A DNA stretch of 64,000 nucleotides, from the NCBI GenBank assembly GCA_964016885.1, contig OZ024742.1, positions 86,242,001-86,306,000 of the forward strand, read 5' to 3'. This document shows, in pieces, positions 12,864 through 27,042 of this stretch (position 1 is its first letter; each line of letters opens with the position of its first letter). The notes under the pieces were generated by a model. The model ran no database searches. It was given only the letters and a program-made list of their open reading frames with translations, and had not been told where the DNA came from. The position numbers were made by a program, and so were the translations under genes. The DNA is from Eledone cirrhosa (Eukaryota).

Positions 12864-13810
12864 GTTTCAGTCTCAGTCATTGATATCAAGCCACTACCTG
12901 CAGCCTCAGATATTCAGGACGTATCGGATGGTTCTTGCTGTTACCAGCAAGCATGCCTTTTGAAGCGTTCCCAAAAGCGTGGCGGGGCCAATTTTCTTTA
13001 ACCATGCCTGGAAACTTGTTGAGACAATCGCGACCACGTTGACTTCATGGCAGTTCCAAATCCTTTTTACCTCCCACTTTAAGTCCTGGTATCGGTTAAT
13101 TTTCTCCCTCTCCTTCTCTTGCACTCTCGTGTCGAATGGGCAGACGACATCCACAATCAGGCACATGTTTTTTCTTTGTCCAAAACCACCAGGTCAGGTC
13201 TATTGTGTTCCAGTATCTTGTCCGTCTGTATCGTAAAATCCCACAGCACTTTCACCTGATCGCTGTCTATCACCGACTCTGGTTTATGCTCATACCACTT
13301 CCCAGAATGTGGTAAATTGTTTACTTTGCATAGGTGCCAGTGGATCACCCTGCCCATCACATCATGTCTCCAGCCTTTATAGTGAGTCTGGGCTAGATGT
13401 TTATTTGCCACCTTGAAGATCTCTAGGCTTTTGGTGATCCAAGAATGCAGGAGTATTGCTTTAAAAATATAACATCCCTCCACCCGAAACTGACAACCAT
13501 GTTCAATGACTGCTTGATGTCAGGTGAGGTACCGGAGTGGTTAACAAAATGTACAACAGTTCTGGTAATGAAAGACCGAATCAAGGGTAATGATGTTACC
13601 AACTACAGACCTATCACATGTCTGTCCGTAATGTGGAAACTGTTAAAATCTGAGGAAATCTACCATCACCTCCACACAAACAACTTGTTACCGGACGAAG
13701 TTTCTTATTGATAAGATTGTATTGAGGAATTGCAAGAGGAGACACACTGGTCTTGCCATAGGATGGATAGACTACAAAAAGGCATTTGACATGGTGCCTC
13801 ATTCTTGGAT
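12864..13810 (-). mobile_element. R4/Dong family 2, internally deleted, with 5' inversion (13448-13810 on +)
   Basis: Minus: RHDVMG...RPDLV...DVVCPFD...KINRYQDL; plus-strand part: NYRPITCL...DYKKAFDMVPHSWI; (ATT)n on both sides. Confidence 0.85.
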
Positions 13811-13840
13811 TATTATTATTATTATTATTGTTATTGTTAT

Positions 13841-15340
13841 TCCTTGAATCTCAGTCATTGATGTTGGTTAACTGGAAAGTCCGTTGGATTGAATATCAAG
13901 CCACTACCTGCAGCCTCAGATATTCAGGACGTATCGGAGGGTTCTTGCTGTTCCAAGCAAGCATGCCTTTTGAAGCGTTCCAAAAAGCGTGAAGGGGCCG
14001 ATTTTCTTTAACCATCCCTGGAAACATTTGAAGATAGTCCCCAGTGCGCCTATGACAATCGGGATCACTTTGACTTCATGGCAGTTCCAAATCCTTTTCA
14101 CCTCCCACTTTAGGTCCTGGTATCGGTTAATTTTCTCCCTCTCCTTCTCTTGCACTCTCGTGTCGAACGGGCAGGCCACACCCACAATCAGGCACGATCT
14201 TTTTTCTTTGTCCACAACCACCAGGTCAGGTCTATTGTGTTCCAGTTTTTTGTCCGTCTGTATCCTAAAATCCCACAGCACCTTCACCTGATTGTTCTCC
14301 ATCACCGCCTCTGGCCTATGCTCATACCATTTCTCAGAATGTGGTAAATTGTTTACTTTGCACAGGTGCCAGTGGATCACCCTGCCCATCACATCGTGTC
14401 TCCAGCCCTTATAGTGGGTCTGGGCTAGGTGTTTACACTCGGACACAATGTGAGCCACAGTCTCCTCTCTCTCTCTCCACAGATCCTGCACAGTGGGCTA
14501 GCCTCATCCTTGTAGATATGGTGCTTCAACCACTTCGTTTTGAGGGCCTGCTCCTGCGCAGCCATTAGCATTCCTTCTGTAGCCTTTTTGAGGTCTCCTC
14601 TTCTCAACCAGTTCCATGTCTGTGGATCTCTAAATTCAGTTTTCTCAAAGAAGGTACTATGAAGGGATTTTCCCTTAAGGCTGCTCTTCCTCCTTGATGT
14701 TATTTCCTCCTTGGACATCCCCTGGCCTACTGTCCCCTCCTTCAGTACAGTTCTGAGCATTGGCTCCTTACTATAGGTCACGTATTTGTATAGGTTGTTT
14801 TTCTCCATCTGAACACAGTCCTCTATGCTGATAAGACCTCTTCCACCCTCAGATGTCCTTAGGTAGAGTCTATCGACATCACTCCTCTTGTGGAACATGT
14901 TGTAGATAGTCAATAGCTTCCTAGTCTTCCTATCCATTTCTTTTTGTTCAGCAACATTCCATCTCAGAATTCCCGCACTGTACCTAATAATAGACACAGC
15001 TCGGGAATTTACTGCGCTTATGGCATTTCTGCTGTTCAGATGTGACTTCAATACGCTCCTTACTCTCCGAATGTATTCAGTTCTTAACAATTCCTTCATG
15101 TTTTTGTTCTTTATGCCATCAGCCTCCAGAACGCCCAAATACTTGTATCCTTCCTCAGAGTCAATTTCCTTTATCATCTCACCTGTTGGTATCTGGATCC
15201 CGTTACTTCTGCTCAACCTACCCCTCTTCATCACAATGACTCCACATTTACCAATACCAAACTGCATACATATATCACTGCTGAAAATACGGACAGTGTC
15301 AACAAGCACATCCAACTCCTTCTCACTTTTCCCGAAGAGC
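13841..15340 (-). mobile_element. R4/Dong family 2, 5'-truncated just after the catalytic DD motif
   Basis: KLFGKSEKELDV...YKYLG...EGGRGL...CRICG..EETVAHIVSEC..RHD..RPDL..D..KINRY; flanked by (ATT)n at 13811-13840 and 15341-15369. Confidence 0.9.
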
Positions 15341-15369
15341 TTATTATTATTATTATTATTATTATTATT

Positions 15370-18300
15370 GGCGACCTACGTAGTAAATCTTATCATCGTG
15401 AGCTCCGCAAAGCATTGTTGTTTTCGTTTGCTTAAAATTGCCATTTATAGAAAATGTATACTATTAACTGTATATAAGTGCACATACATTGTTTTCCGAA
15501 AAGGACACCCAAAATGATTGGGGCCTTGAGCCCAAAATTTAAACTTTTATAATTATCAAAAAAAAAACTTTTTTGGAAAAAATTTGGACGACTCACAGTC
15601 ACACGAATCTGACAGCCTTCCCCACAAACTAACACCTCACACCGACACCACCATTGTCAATATTACTATGTTTGCCAACACTAAAAATATAAGCAGTAGC
15701 AATATTTTAAATTTGTCTCAGGCAGATATTCATTTCCCGCCATTACCAATGACTGCAGGTGTTAAAGCCGCCACCACCACCACAACCGCGACAACAGAAA
15801 CAAAAGAAAAAAATTAATTAACTCGTGATATTGAAATGAATTCAACCAAAATGAACTCTTCCACACCGAACACCACTGACGCCACCGCCACCACAACTGA
15901 AACTAAAATTAATAATAACAAAAATAACGATAACAACAACAGCAACAATATAATTAAGAAAACCACCCTGAGTTTTGCCAGAGTAGTAAAAGAGTGCGAA
16001 GCATTTCAGGTAACTCAGGAGCAATTAGAAGAAGCCAAAAAAATGGTAAAGAAAGATGGGTACAGGGTCAGCCTCACCCCCCACCTAATAAAATGGAGCA
16101 TCGGCGCCTATGCACCGTGTCTTATCGAACAATTCATATAAAATCGCGCCGACTGGAACGGGCATCCGAGTCCCAAATCCAAAAAGCTTTGGGACATGTG
16201 TGGGCACAAAAAACCCACATCAGACGTGGGCAGAAATATGGAACCGTGGACGTGTTCTTTGAAACACCACAAGAGGCTAGAGAACACTCCATGGACCCAT
16301 TAAGAAGTGACGACTTCACACACGTCCCAAGTTATTGTGGTGAGAGACTCGTAAAGATCAGGGTCACCCACGTTCCACCGGCCATCGAAATTCCCTGGCT
16401 AATAGCTGCCGCCCTCGCCGGCATGGAAGTCAACACCAAAATAATCGAAATAGCGAAAGAAAGGCAGGAGAACTGGTCCGGATCTGGGATGGAGCTCCTG
16501 ATCCAAGCGCACCATAAAAGCATTGAGGAGATCCAAGAGGTAAAAAGGTTGAGGCCACCTCTCCTACCCACCCCAGTAACTCAACCATCAACACCACCAG
16601 CAGCAGAGATGGCAGCAACAACTGTAGCAGCAACAACAGAAGCAACTCTAACAGCCACAAACCCAGCAACAGTAACAAAACTAACACCACCACTACCCAA
16701 CGCGTCAGAACTAGCACCAGCGCCTACATAATCCACCACGCCACAACCAAAACCAACGCCTGTGGAGGATTTTCCACTCCCCGGCCTATCACAACTGGAG
16801 ACAGATTGTGACGACGAGGAGTGGGAAACGGTATCAGGAAAAATGAAAAAACAAAAGAAAAAAAGAAAAAAATTCTCTTCCTTCCCACTCCAAAAACAAA
16901 ATACAAAGGGAAACAAATAAATTATCAAACAAAAAAGTTAGGACAGATATGCCACCATCCACACCAGCATCACCAACCCCATCACCACGAACACCAACAC
17001 CATCACCGTCATTAACCCAAACACCACCATCACCAACACCACAAAAGTAACATAAAATCGAAACAGAAACAAACCCACAACAAACGCAAACAAAACAAAA
17101 CAACCAGAACGATACACACTACACAGCATTAAATTTGAACAACAACCTTGCCTTTCATCCTTACGGGGTCGATAATATAAAGTACCAGTAATACACTGGG
17201 AAATTGCTGGCCTTGTGCCAAAAGTAGAAACAATTAAATTTGAACAACAACCAATTATTACACTACATGCAACACAACACCAGAATCACAGAAAAAGACT
17301 ACACAACAATCCAAAAGTTCACACCACCTCCACACATACAAATCACTCGCATTACACAGAAAACGTACACGACACTAAAACAAAAATTCCCCAAAGACAT
17401 CGGAGACTTCCGACAAACACTGGAGGATTTATAAGGACATCCTTACAGAAGAGACCTCAAGCAGTGAAAAGGATGGACAAACCATCCTTCCTCTACGAGA
17501 AGTAAGGTAAGTGGTCTTTCTTATCTTTTCCACTCCATTTCAACATGACCTCACTCAGAATAGGCAGCATAAATGCGAGTGGCTTGGGTCGTCATGGAAG
17601 CAGGGCCACCTGCTCAACGACCTCAGGTCACTAAACATAGATGTAGTGGCCATCAGCGAGACCAGAATCTCCGAAGCACGGGCCTTCGCACCGATCTTCG
17701 GCGGCTACGATGTGTACGCATCTCCCATCGGTCCGGGATCGGGGGGAGGAGTTGCTGTGCTATTTCGAAGAGGTTTGGATCTCCCCAGACGGGCCATCTT
17801 CCTGGACCCAGAAGGTAAGTTGGTGGTGCTAGACGTGACCAGCGGAGACGGGCAAGCTTTCAGGCTAGTGGCCGTCTATGCCCCGACAGGAGCAGGGCGG
17901 CCCGATTTCTTCCGGCGTCTGGAGACCTTTCTTGGAACTTCCCACCCTTTAGTGTTAGTGGGCGACTGGAACGGGATCTTAGATGCACGCTGGGACTGTG
18001 TGGGATCAGCGGATAGGGGAGGAGGGTGAAAGAGCCTGACCAACCTGCTCAGGCGTGTTGAACTGTCTGACAGGTAACGATTGGATTTCCCGAATGTGCC
18101 AATGTGGACTTGGAGAAATCGCATAGGGTAATCCAGATCATATCTAGATAGAGTATTTTGTAGGGAAATAGATAAGTCTAGGATAGGCTGTCCACAATTC
18201 AAGATAGTCAACTACACGGACCACAAATTCGTGATCTGTGTCCTTGAGTTAGATATGCTTCATAAACGAGGACCCGGCTACTGGAAGCTAAACGCGTCCT

Positions 18301-20921
18301 TACCTAGTGGAAGGCCTACAGAGATCGGATTAGCGAACTAGTTAAGCGGGCGTTGACGGGGGCCATCGTCAACAACAAGTGGTGGTTTGCTCTGAAAAGA
18401 GCAATTAGAATAGAGTGGACCACGACGGGCGCATGCTACTCGATCCCGGGCAAATGTGTGAAGCTTTTCAGAGACACTTCGCTCAGTTTTTCGGGGGCAG
18501 CGGCGGGCCGGAACGAACTTTACGTACATATGCCAGACTTGTTCGGAGGCCTCTTGGCGGACGTCTACTGCAACTGGCAACAGAACCGGAGAATACCCAG
18601 CTCTGTGAGCCGAGGAGCTGTGCGCTGCTGCGAAAGGATCCGAACAAGGGGAATAACATAGATAATGTTAGGCCCATAACTCTGCTAAACACAGAGTTCA
18701 AGATTTTGGCCAAGGTGCTAGCAAAGAGGTTGGCGCTTGTCGTTGGTGGTCTGGTGGGAAAGGCGCAGACATGCGCCATTCCCGACAGATCCATCCACGA
18801 CAACCTCCACCTCATGCGATAAATCGTAGAGAGGGTAACTAGGGAACCTGGCACGGGTGGGTCCTTGATCAATTTAGATCAGTCGAAAGCTTTCGATAGG
18901 GTCGACCATCGTTACCTAGCGGCAGTCCTGAGGGCGGCTAGCTTTGGGCCCGTCTTCAGAGGCTGGATCGCTGCCATGCACAGCGACATCTGCTCTGTGG
19001 TGAGAGTGAACGGTCACCTTTCGGAACCGTTAAACATCATGCGCTGGGTCCGCCAAGGATGTCCCCACTCGTCCCTCTTGTACGTATTGACTCTCGAATC
19101 ATTACTGCACAAACTGGAGACGTTGAGGGGGTCCCGCGCGTACTAGGATGCGGAAGATCCGTGTCAGCATATGCGGCCGATATCACCATAGTGGTGTCGA
19201 ACGCCAAACACATCGAGGCGATCGGCACTACACTAAGAGAATAGGAAGCGGTGACAGGTGCAATGATCAACCAGGAAAAGTCAGTGGGCCTGCAGCTCGG
19301 CACCTGGAGAGGCAGGTCCATGCCGTCCAACAGCGTCGTCGGGCGCTTGACGGATGGACCGGTTAAATTGCTCGGGGTCTGGTTCGGTCCGGATCTCCAG
19401 ACAAAAACTGGGACGGGGTGACGAGCATGGTGGCTTCTCTCACCCAGAAATGGGCCGAGAGGAAGCTATCCCTGAAAGGTCGAGTGGAGGTGGCTAACGC
19501 GTATATCGTGTCCGTCATCTACTACCGCCTGACCGTCGTACCTTGTCCTAAGCCCCGCCTGACTGCGCTGGAGCGTTTACTCTTTCGTTTTTGTGGAAGG
19601 GACGCGCTCCGATGGTCAGGCCGTCCATCTGCTGTCAACACCCGTTACGTAGAGGGCTGGGGATGCCGTGGCTGATGATGCGCAGACACGCGCTCAGGGT
19701 AGGACATATCAACCTATTCCTCGACGGTGATCAGGTGGGGTCGCCGTTTGCTAGACGCGTCTCTCCCCAGCTCGTCTCCTTGATGGAGCTGCAGTCCTGG
19801 GTCAAGCGAAGACTGAGAGGGCGCGCTTGGAGACTGGAATGTCTTCAGGCGCTGACAGCCCTCGACCAATCGGGCAATGTGATCGGTGGAAACTCGACCT
19901 TGGCGTTCTATAGAGGATTAGTGGAGGGGAAGAGCGACGATTTACTTGGGGAAATTCTAGGCATCGACGAAAATCAATTAGCCAATCTCTTCGGAAGAAC
20001 TTTCGGACCGGGGCCTATGGACAACTTCCAGAAATCCCTGGATTGGCAGTGCTAACGAGGAGCTTTACATGTTCGGGATAAACTCTACAGGCATGGAGGT
20101 GCCGTCAGCCGGGCATGTCCGAGATGCGCGCAGGGCGACGAAACCATCCTGCACGCACTAGTCCAGTGTCCGAGCATTGCTGACTTGTGGGTTTGTGTCG
20201 AACACCTGCTGTCACGTGTAGGACGGATCCAGCTATTAGCTTAGTCCATCGTGAGGATTGCCCCGCCCTCTTCCTTTAGCCGGTAAGGGCAGGCAATTTT
20301 TATCTGTCTGGTGGCCATGGCGAAAGAGATAGTATGGTGGACACGTTTGAAAAGGCTGAAGACGAGCAATTACCTCTTCGATGATGCCCTGATTAACTTT
20401 TTCAAATTTTATTTAAACAGGAAAATCAGGGTAGACATGGAAGTGCTCTCTTCCCAGCATTTTATTGAAAGATGGGTGAGAGAGGCAAGAATGGCCCGAG
20501 TGAATGGGCCTACTCTGAGTATGTGTCTGTAAATTAAAGGTGGAAAGCTGGGAGAGGGCACTTGCCTCTCTACCCTGATTTTCCTTTTCAAATGAAATTT
20601 GAAAAAGTTAATCAGGGCATCACCGAAGAGGTAAGTGCTCGTCTTCAGCCCTTTCAGACGCATCCACCATACTCTCTATTTCGCCAAGGCCACCAGACAT
20701 ATAAAAGCTGCCTGCCCTTACACTGTGTCTTTTTAATGGGCTTTCCCCACGAATGCCCATCGGAAGTCTTCCCCTATTGGGAATTTTGTTCATTGTTCTA
20801 TTATTACATCCTCTGTTTCTTGTTTTTTACACGCAGAAATGCCCATTTGTACCGCCCTGTATTGTCCTGTACTGTCCTTAATGTCTACTTTATGTAACCC
20901 CTTGTGGTTAATAAAGAAAGC
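15370..20921 (+). mobile_element. L1/Tx1 copy A (family 1), both ends present, internally deleted and degenerate
   Basis: Starts GGCGACCTACGTAG right after (ATT)n; co-linear with copy B; deletions remove the ORF1 zinc knuckle and parts of ORF2; ends AATAAAGAAAGC+(ATT)n. Confidence 0.95.
17148..17232 (+). mobile_element. 5'-truncated SINE inserted in ORF1 of Tx1 copy A
   Basis: 20-bp TSD ATTAAATTTGAACAACAACC (17128-17147 / 17233-17252); empty site seen in copy B at ~23306. Confidence 0.95.
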
Positions 20922-20945
20922 ATTATTATTATTATTATTATTATT

Positions 20946-21336
20946 TGCATTTATCTTGCTTTATGTTCATACGAGTTATCACCAAATCACAACCAGTGAC
21001 CTCAAGAGACAACAAGGTCCGCCATGTTCAAGAAAGAACATACATACTCACAATGCATCTTTAGTGTTTAGACTTGTGATGTACTTATATTGACAGAATC
21101 TTCCTTAGTATATGGGCAGTTCCCATTAGTACTATCTTTTGTATTTCTCCTATACGCGGGTTTCCTGGGATTTGCGATAAGTAGTCGTTTGACCCCTTAG
21201 GTATCATTCCCAGAGCGCCTACAACCACTGGTATTGTTTTAGTTCTCAATTTCCACATTTTTCCAATTTCTATCTCCAGGTCCTTATACTTGCTCAATTT
21301 TTCAAATGTTTTTATAGATACATTCTTGTCTATTGG
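20946..21336 (-). mobile_element. R4/Dong family 1, short 3' fragment
   Basis: Near-identical to ~7735-8120 (SKYKDLEIEIGKMW...LRKILSI plus 3'UTR); lies between two (ATT)n tracts. Confidence 0.9.
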
Positions 21337-21354
21337 TTATTATTATTATTATTG

Positions 21355-21387
<33 letters not shown>

Positions 21388-21596
21388 GGCGACCTACGTA
21401 GGAAATCGTATTATCGTGAGCTCCGCAAAGGTTTGTTATTTCCGTTTGTTTAAAAATTACCATTTATGGAAAATTTTATTGTAAACTGTTTATAAGCACA
21501 CATACATTGTTTTCCGAAAAGGACACCCAAAAAGATTGGGGCCTTGTGCCCAAAATTTTAACTTTTATTATTATCCAAAAATTTCTTTGATAAAAA

Positions 21597-23588
21597 ATGG
21601 CTAATTCCCCTCTGCACGAAGCAGCTGAAAGCCTTCCTCACAAAATAACACCTCACACCGACACCACCATTGTAAATGTTACTACGTTTGCCAACACAAA
21701 AAAAAATATAAGCAGTAGCAATATTTTTAATTTGTCTCAGGCAGACATTCATTTCCCGCCATTACCAATGACTGCAGGTGTTAAACCCTCCACCACCACC
21801 ACCACCGCGACAACAGAAACAAAAGAAGAAAAAAATAAATTAACTCGTGACGTCGAAATGAAATCAAGCAAAATGGACTCTTCCCCACCAAAGACGAATG
21901 ACGTCACCACCACCACAACTGAAAATAAAATTAATATTAACGATAGCAACAACAACAACAATGACATTATAAAATCGACCCTCAGTTTCGCCATCGTAGC
22001 AAAACAATTCGAAGCGTTGACGGTAACTCAAGAAGATTTAGAAAATGCCAAACAAATGGTAAAGAAAGATGGGTACAGGGTCAGCCTCACCCCCCCCCCC
22101 CCCGTCCCCCACCCGCCCACCCTCCCCACCTAATAAAATGGAGCATCGGCGCCTGTGCACCGTGTCGTATAGAACAATAAATGTAAAATCGCGCCGAGTG
22201 GAACGGGCATCCGAATCCCAAATCCAAAAAGCTTTGGGACATGTGTGGGCAAGAAAAACCCACATCAGACGTGGGCAGAAGTATGGAACCGTGGATGTGT
22301 TTTTTGAAACACCAGAGGAGGCTAGAGAACACTCCATGGCCCCATTAAAAAGTGACGACCTCACACTCGTCCCAAGCTATTGTGGCCAGAGACTCGTAAA
22401 GATCAGGGTCACCCACGTTCCACCGGCCATCGAAATTCCCTGGCTAATAGCGGCTGTCCTCGCCGGCATGGAAGCCAACACGAAAATAATAGCAGTAGCA
22501 AAAGAAAAGCAGGAAAACTGGTCCGGATCTGGGATGGAGCTCCTGATCCAAGCGGACCAAAAAAGCATTGAGGAGATCCCAGAGGTAATAGACCTCACTG
22601 ACGGCAGCCACCTCACGGTAATTGTCGAGGGCAGAAGACCTAGGTGTGTCGTTTGTGGTGAAGGAACCCACCTAAGGGCTTTCTGCCCTCAGGCTAAAAG
22701 GTTGAGGCCACCTCTCCTACCCACCCCAGTGACACAACCATCAACACCACCAGTAGCAGAGATGGCAGCAACAACTGTAGCAGCAACAACAGAAGCAACT
22801 ATAACAGCAACAACCCCAGCAACAGTAGCAAAACCAACACCACTACCACCACCAGCAAAACCAACACCACCACCACCCAACGCTTCAGAACTAGCACCAG
22901 CGCCTACACCATCCACCACACCACAACCAAAACTAACGGCTGTGGAGGATTTTCCACTCCCCGGCCTATCACAACTGGAGACAGATTGTGACGACGAGGA
23001 GTGGGAAACGATATCCGGAAAAAAAAAAAAGAAACCAAAAAAGAAAAAAATTCTCTTCCTTCCCACTCCAAAAACAAAATACAGAGGGAAACAAATAAAC
23101 TAAGAAACAAAAAAGTTAGGACAGATATGCCACCATCCACACCAGCATCACCAACCCCATCAACCCAAACACCAACACCATCACCATCATTATCCCCAGC
23201 ACCACCATCACCTACACCACAAAAGTCACCAAAATGCGAAACAGAAACAAACCCACAATAAACGCAAACAAAACAAAACAACCAAAACGATACACACTAC
23301 ACAGCATTAAATTTGAACAACAAGCAATTATTACACTACATCCAACACAACACCAGCATCACAGAAAAAGACTACACAACAACCCCAAAATTCACACCAC
23401 CTCCACACATACAAATCACTCGCATCACACAGAAAACGTACATGACACTAAAACAAAAATTCCCCAAAGACATCGGAGACTTCCGACAAGCACTCTCCAG
23501 GAGGATTTATAAGGACATCCTTCCTGAGGAGGCCACAAGCAGTGAAAAGGATGGAAAAGCCGTCCTTCCCCTACGAGAAGTAAGGTAA
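21597..23588 (+). pseudogene. Tx1 ORF1 (gag-like, zinc knuckle CVVCGEGTHLRAFC, T/P/N-rich low-complexity arms), several frameshifts/stops
   Basis: Joined from ORFs 21597-22133, 22069-23103, 23001-23261, 23313-23588; the first break lies in a poly-C run. Confidence 0.8.
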
Positions 23589-23622
23589 GTGGTCTTTCCC
23601 ATCTTTTCCACTCCTTTTCAAC

Positions 23623-26600
23623 ATGACCTCACTCAGAATAGGCAGCATAAATGCGCGTGGCTTGGGGTCGTCATGGAAGCAGGGCCACCTGCTCAACGAC
23701 CTCAGGTCACTAAACATAGATGTAGTGGCCATCAGCGAGACCAGAATCTCTGAAGCACAGGCTTTCGCACCGATCTTCGGCGGCTACGATGTGTACGCAT
23801 CTCCCAGCCGTCCGGGATCGGTGGGAGGAGTTGCTGTGCTTTTTCGGAGAGGTTTGGATCTTGCCATACGGGCCATCTTCCTGGACCCAGAAGGTAAGTT
23901 GGTGGTGCTGGACGTGACCAGCGGAGACGGGCAAGCTTTCAGGTTAGTGGCCGTCTATGCCCCGACAGGAGCAGGGCGGCCTGATTTCTTCCGGCGTCTG
24001 GAGACCTTTCTTGGAACGTCCCGCTCTTTAGTGTTAGTGGGCGACTGGAACGGGATCTTAGATGCACGCTGGGATTGTGTGGGATTAGTGGATAGGGAAG
24101 GAGGGTGCAAGAGTCTCACCAACCTGCTCAGACGTTTTGAACTGTCTGACAGGTACCGAATGGATTTCCCGAATGTACCAATGTGGACTTGGACAAATCG
24201 CATAGGGTCATCCAGATCATATCTAGATAGAGTATTTTGTAGGGAAATAGATAGGTCTAGCATAGGCTGTCCACAATTCAAGATAGTCAGCTACACGGAC
24301 CACAAATTCGTGATCTGTGTGCTTGACTTAGATAGGCTTCATAGACGAGGACCCGGCTACTGGAAGTTAAACGCGTCCTTACCAGCGCGCAAGGCCTACA
24401 AAGACCGGATTAGCGAACTAGTTAAGCGGGCGTTGACGAGGGCCATCGTCAACAACAAGTGGTGGTTTGCTCTGAAAAGAGCAATTAGAATAGAGTCCAT
24501 TAGGTTTAGTAAGACTTTAGCAATAGAGAAAAATAGAGCAGAGGGAGAATTAGTTAGAAAATTAGATGAGGCGCTTAGCAAAGGCATCGCTACAGACGTA
24601 CTTGCGCGAAATTGGCCCTTGACCAATTCTTCAATGCAAAGCACGAAGGCGGCGTTGTCAGAGCTAGGGTGCGTGCTCTCAGACACGAGGGGACGAAAGC
24701 CGTTCAATGGGCCCGAGTGGCGGAGGCGCGTCGTGGCAACAAAGCCACGATCTGGTCTTTGGTGGACCACGACGGGCGCATGCTACTCGATCCCGGGCAA
24801 ATGTGTGAAGCTTTTCAGCGACACTTCGCTCAACTGTTCGGGGGCAGTGGCGAGCCGGATCGAGGGATGGACTTTAGTGTCTACCTCGACGGACTGCCGC
24901 GGCTTTCGGCCACTGAGGCGGAGTGTTGCGAAAAGCCGATAACAACCGCTGAAGTACGGGATGCAATGACTAGTTGCACAAGGGGTAAATCGCCTGGTTT
25001 GGATGGTCTCCCCTATGAACTTTACGTACAAATGCCAAACTTGTTCGGAGGCCTCTTGGCGGATGTCTACTGCAACTGGCAACAGAACGGGAGAATTCCC
25101 AGCTCTGTGAGCCGAGGAGCGGTGGCGCTGCTGAGAAAGGATCCGAACAAGGGGGATAACATAGATAATTTTAGGCCCATAACTCTGCTAAACACAGAGT
25201 TCAAGATTTTGGCCAAGGTGCTAGCAAAGAGGTTGGCGCTTGTCGTTGGTGGTCTGGTGGGAGAGGCACAGACATGCGCCATTCCCGACAGATCCATCCA
25301 CGACAACCACCACCCCATGCGATACATCGTAGAGAGGGTAGCTAGGGAACCTGGCACGGGTGGGTCTTTGATCAATTTAGATCAGTCTAAAGCCTTCGAT
25401 AGGGTCGACCATCGTTACCTAACGGCAGTCCTGAGGGCGGCTGGCTTTGGGCCCGTCTTCAGAGGCTGGATCGCTGCCATGCACAGCGACATCTGCTCTG
25501 TAGTGAGAGTGAACGGTCACCTTTCGGAACCGTTCAACATCATGCGCTCGGTCCGCCAAGGATGTCCCCTCTCGTCCCTATTGTACGTATTGACTCTCGA
25601 GCCATTACTGCACAAACTGGAGACGTTGAGGGGGGGTCCCGCGCGAACTAGGATGCGGAAGATCCGTGTCAGCATATGCCGACGATGTCACCATAGTGGT
25701 GTCGAACGCCAAACACATCGAGGCGATCGGCACTACACTAAGAGAATACGAAGCGGTGACAGGAGCAATGATCAACCAGGAAAAGTCAGTGGGCCTGCAG
25801 CTCGGCACCTGGAGAGGCAGGTCCATGCCGTCCAACAGCGTCGTCGGGCGCTGGACGGACGGACCGGTTAAATTGCTAGGGGTCTGTTTCGGTCCAGACC
25901 TCCAGACGGACAAAAACTGGGACGAGGTGACGAGCAGGGTGGCTTCTCTCACCCAGAAATGGGCCGAGTGGAAGCTATCCCTGAAAGGTCGAGCGGAGGT
26001 GGCGAATGCGTACATCGCATCCGTCATCTACTACCGCCTGACCGTCGTACCTTGTCCTAAGCCCCGCCTGACTGCGCTGGAGCGTTTGCTCTTTCGTTTC
26101 TTGTGGAAGGGACGCGCTCCGATGGTCAGGCGGTCCATCTGCTGTCAACACCCGCTACGTGGAGGGCTGGGCATGCCGTGGCTGATGATGCGCAGACACG
26201 CGCTCAGGCTACGACATCTCCACCTCTTCCTCGACGGTGATCAGGTGTGGTCGCCGTTTGCAAGACACGTTTTTCCCCAGCTCGTCTCCTTGACGGAGCT
26301 GCAGTCCTGGGTCAAGCGAAGACCAAGAGGGAGCGCTTGGAGACTGGAATGTCTTCAGGCGCTCACAGCCCTCGACCAATCGGGCAATGTGATCGGTGGA
26401 AACTCCACCTTGGCGTTCTATAGGGGATTAGTGGAGGGGAAGAGCGACGACGTACTTGGAGAAACTCTAGGCGTCGACGAAAATCAACTAGCCAATCTCT
26501 TCGGAAGGACTTTCGGGCCGGGGCCTATGGACAACTTCCAGAAATCCCTGGCCTGGCAGTGCTACCGAGGAGCTTTGCCAGTTCGGGATAAACTCTACAG

Positions 26601-27042
26601 GCATGGAGGTGCCGTCAGCCGGGCATGTCCGAGATGCGCGCAGGGCGACGAAACCGTCCTGCACGCACTTGTCCAGTGTCCGAGCATTGCTGACTTGTGG
26701 GTTTATGTCGAACACCTGCTGTCACGTGTAGGACCTATCCAGCTATCAGCTGAGTCCATCGTGAGGATTGCCCCGCCCCCTTCCTTTAGCCTGGAAGGGC
26801 AGGCAGTTTTTATCTGTCTGGTGGACATGGCGAAAGAGATAGTATGGTGGACACGTTTGAAAGGGCTGAAGACGAGCACTTACCTCTTCGGTGATGCCCT
26901 GATTAACTTTTTCAAATTTCATTTGAAAAGGAAAATCAGGGTAGAGAGGGAAGTGCTCTCTTCCCAGCATTTTGTTGAAAGATGGGTGAGAGAAGCAAGT
27001 ATGGCCCGAATGAATGGGCCTTCTCTGAGTATGTGTCTGTAA
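23623..27042 (+). pseudogene. Tx1 ORF2: AP endonuclease, reverse transcriptase, C-terminal zinc finger; two 1-bp frameshifts
   Basis: SINARG, ISETR, VYAP, GDWN, YLDRV, TDH (APE); KSPGLDG, FRPITLLN, LDQSKAFDRVDH, VRQGCPLS, AYADD (RT); CPRC..ETVLHALVQC. Frameshifts at ~24607 and in the G-run at ~25630. Confidence 0.92.
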
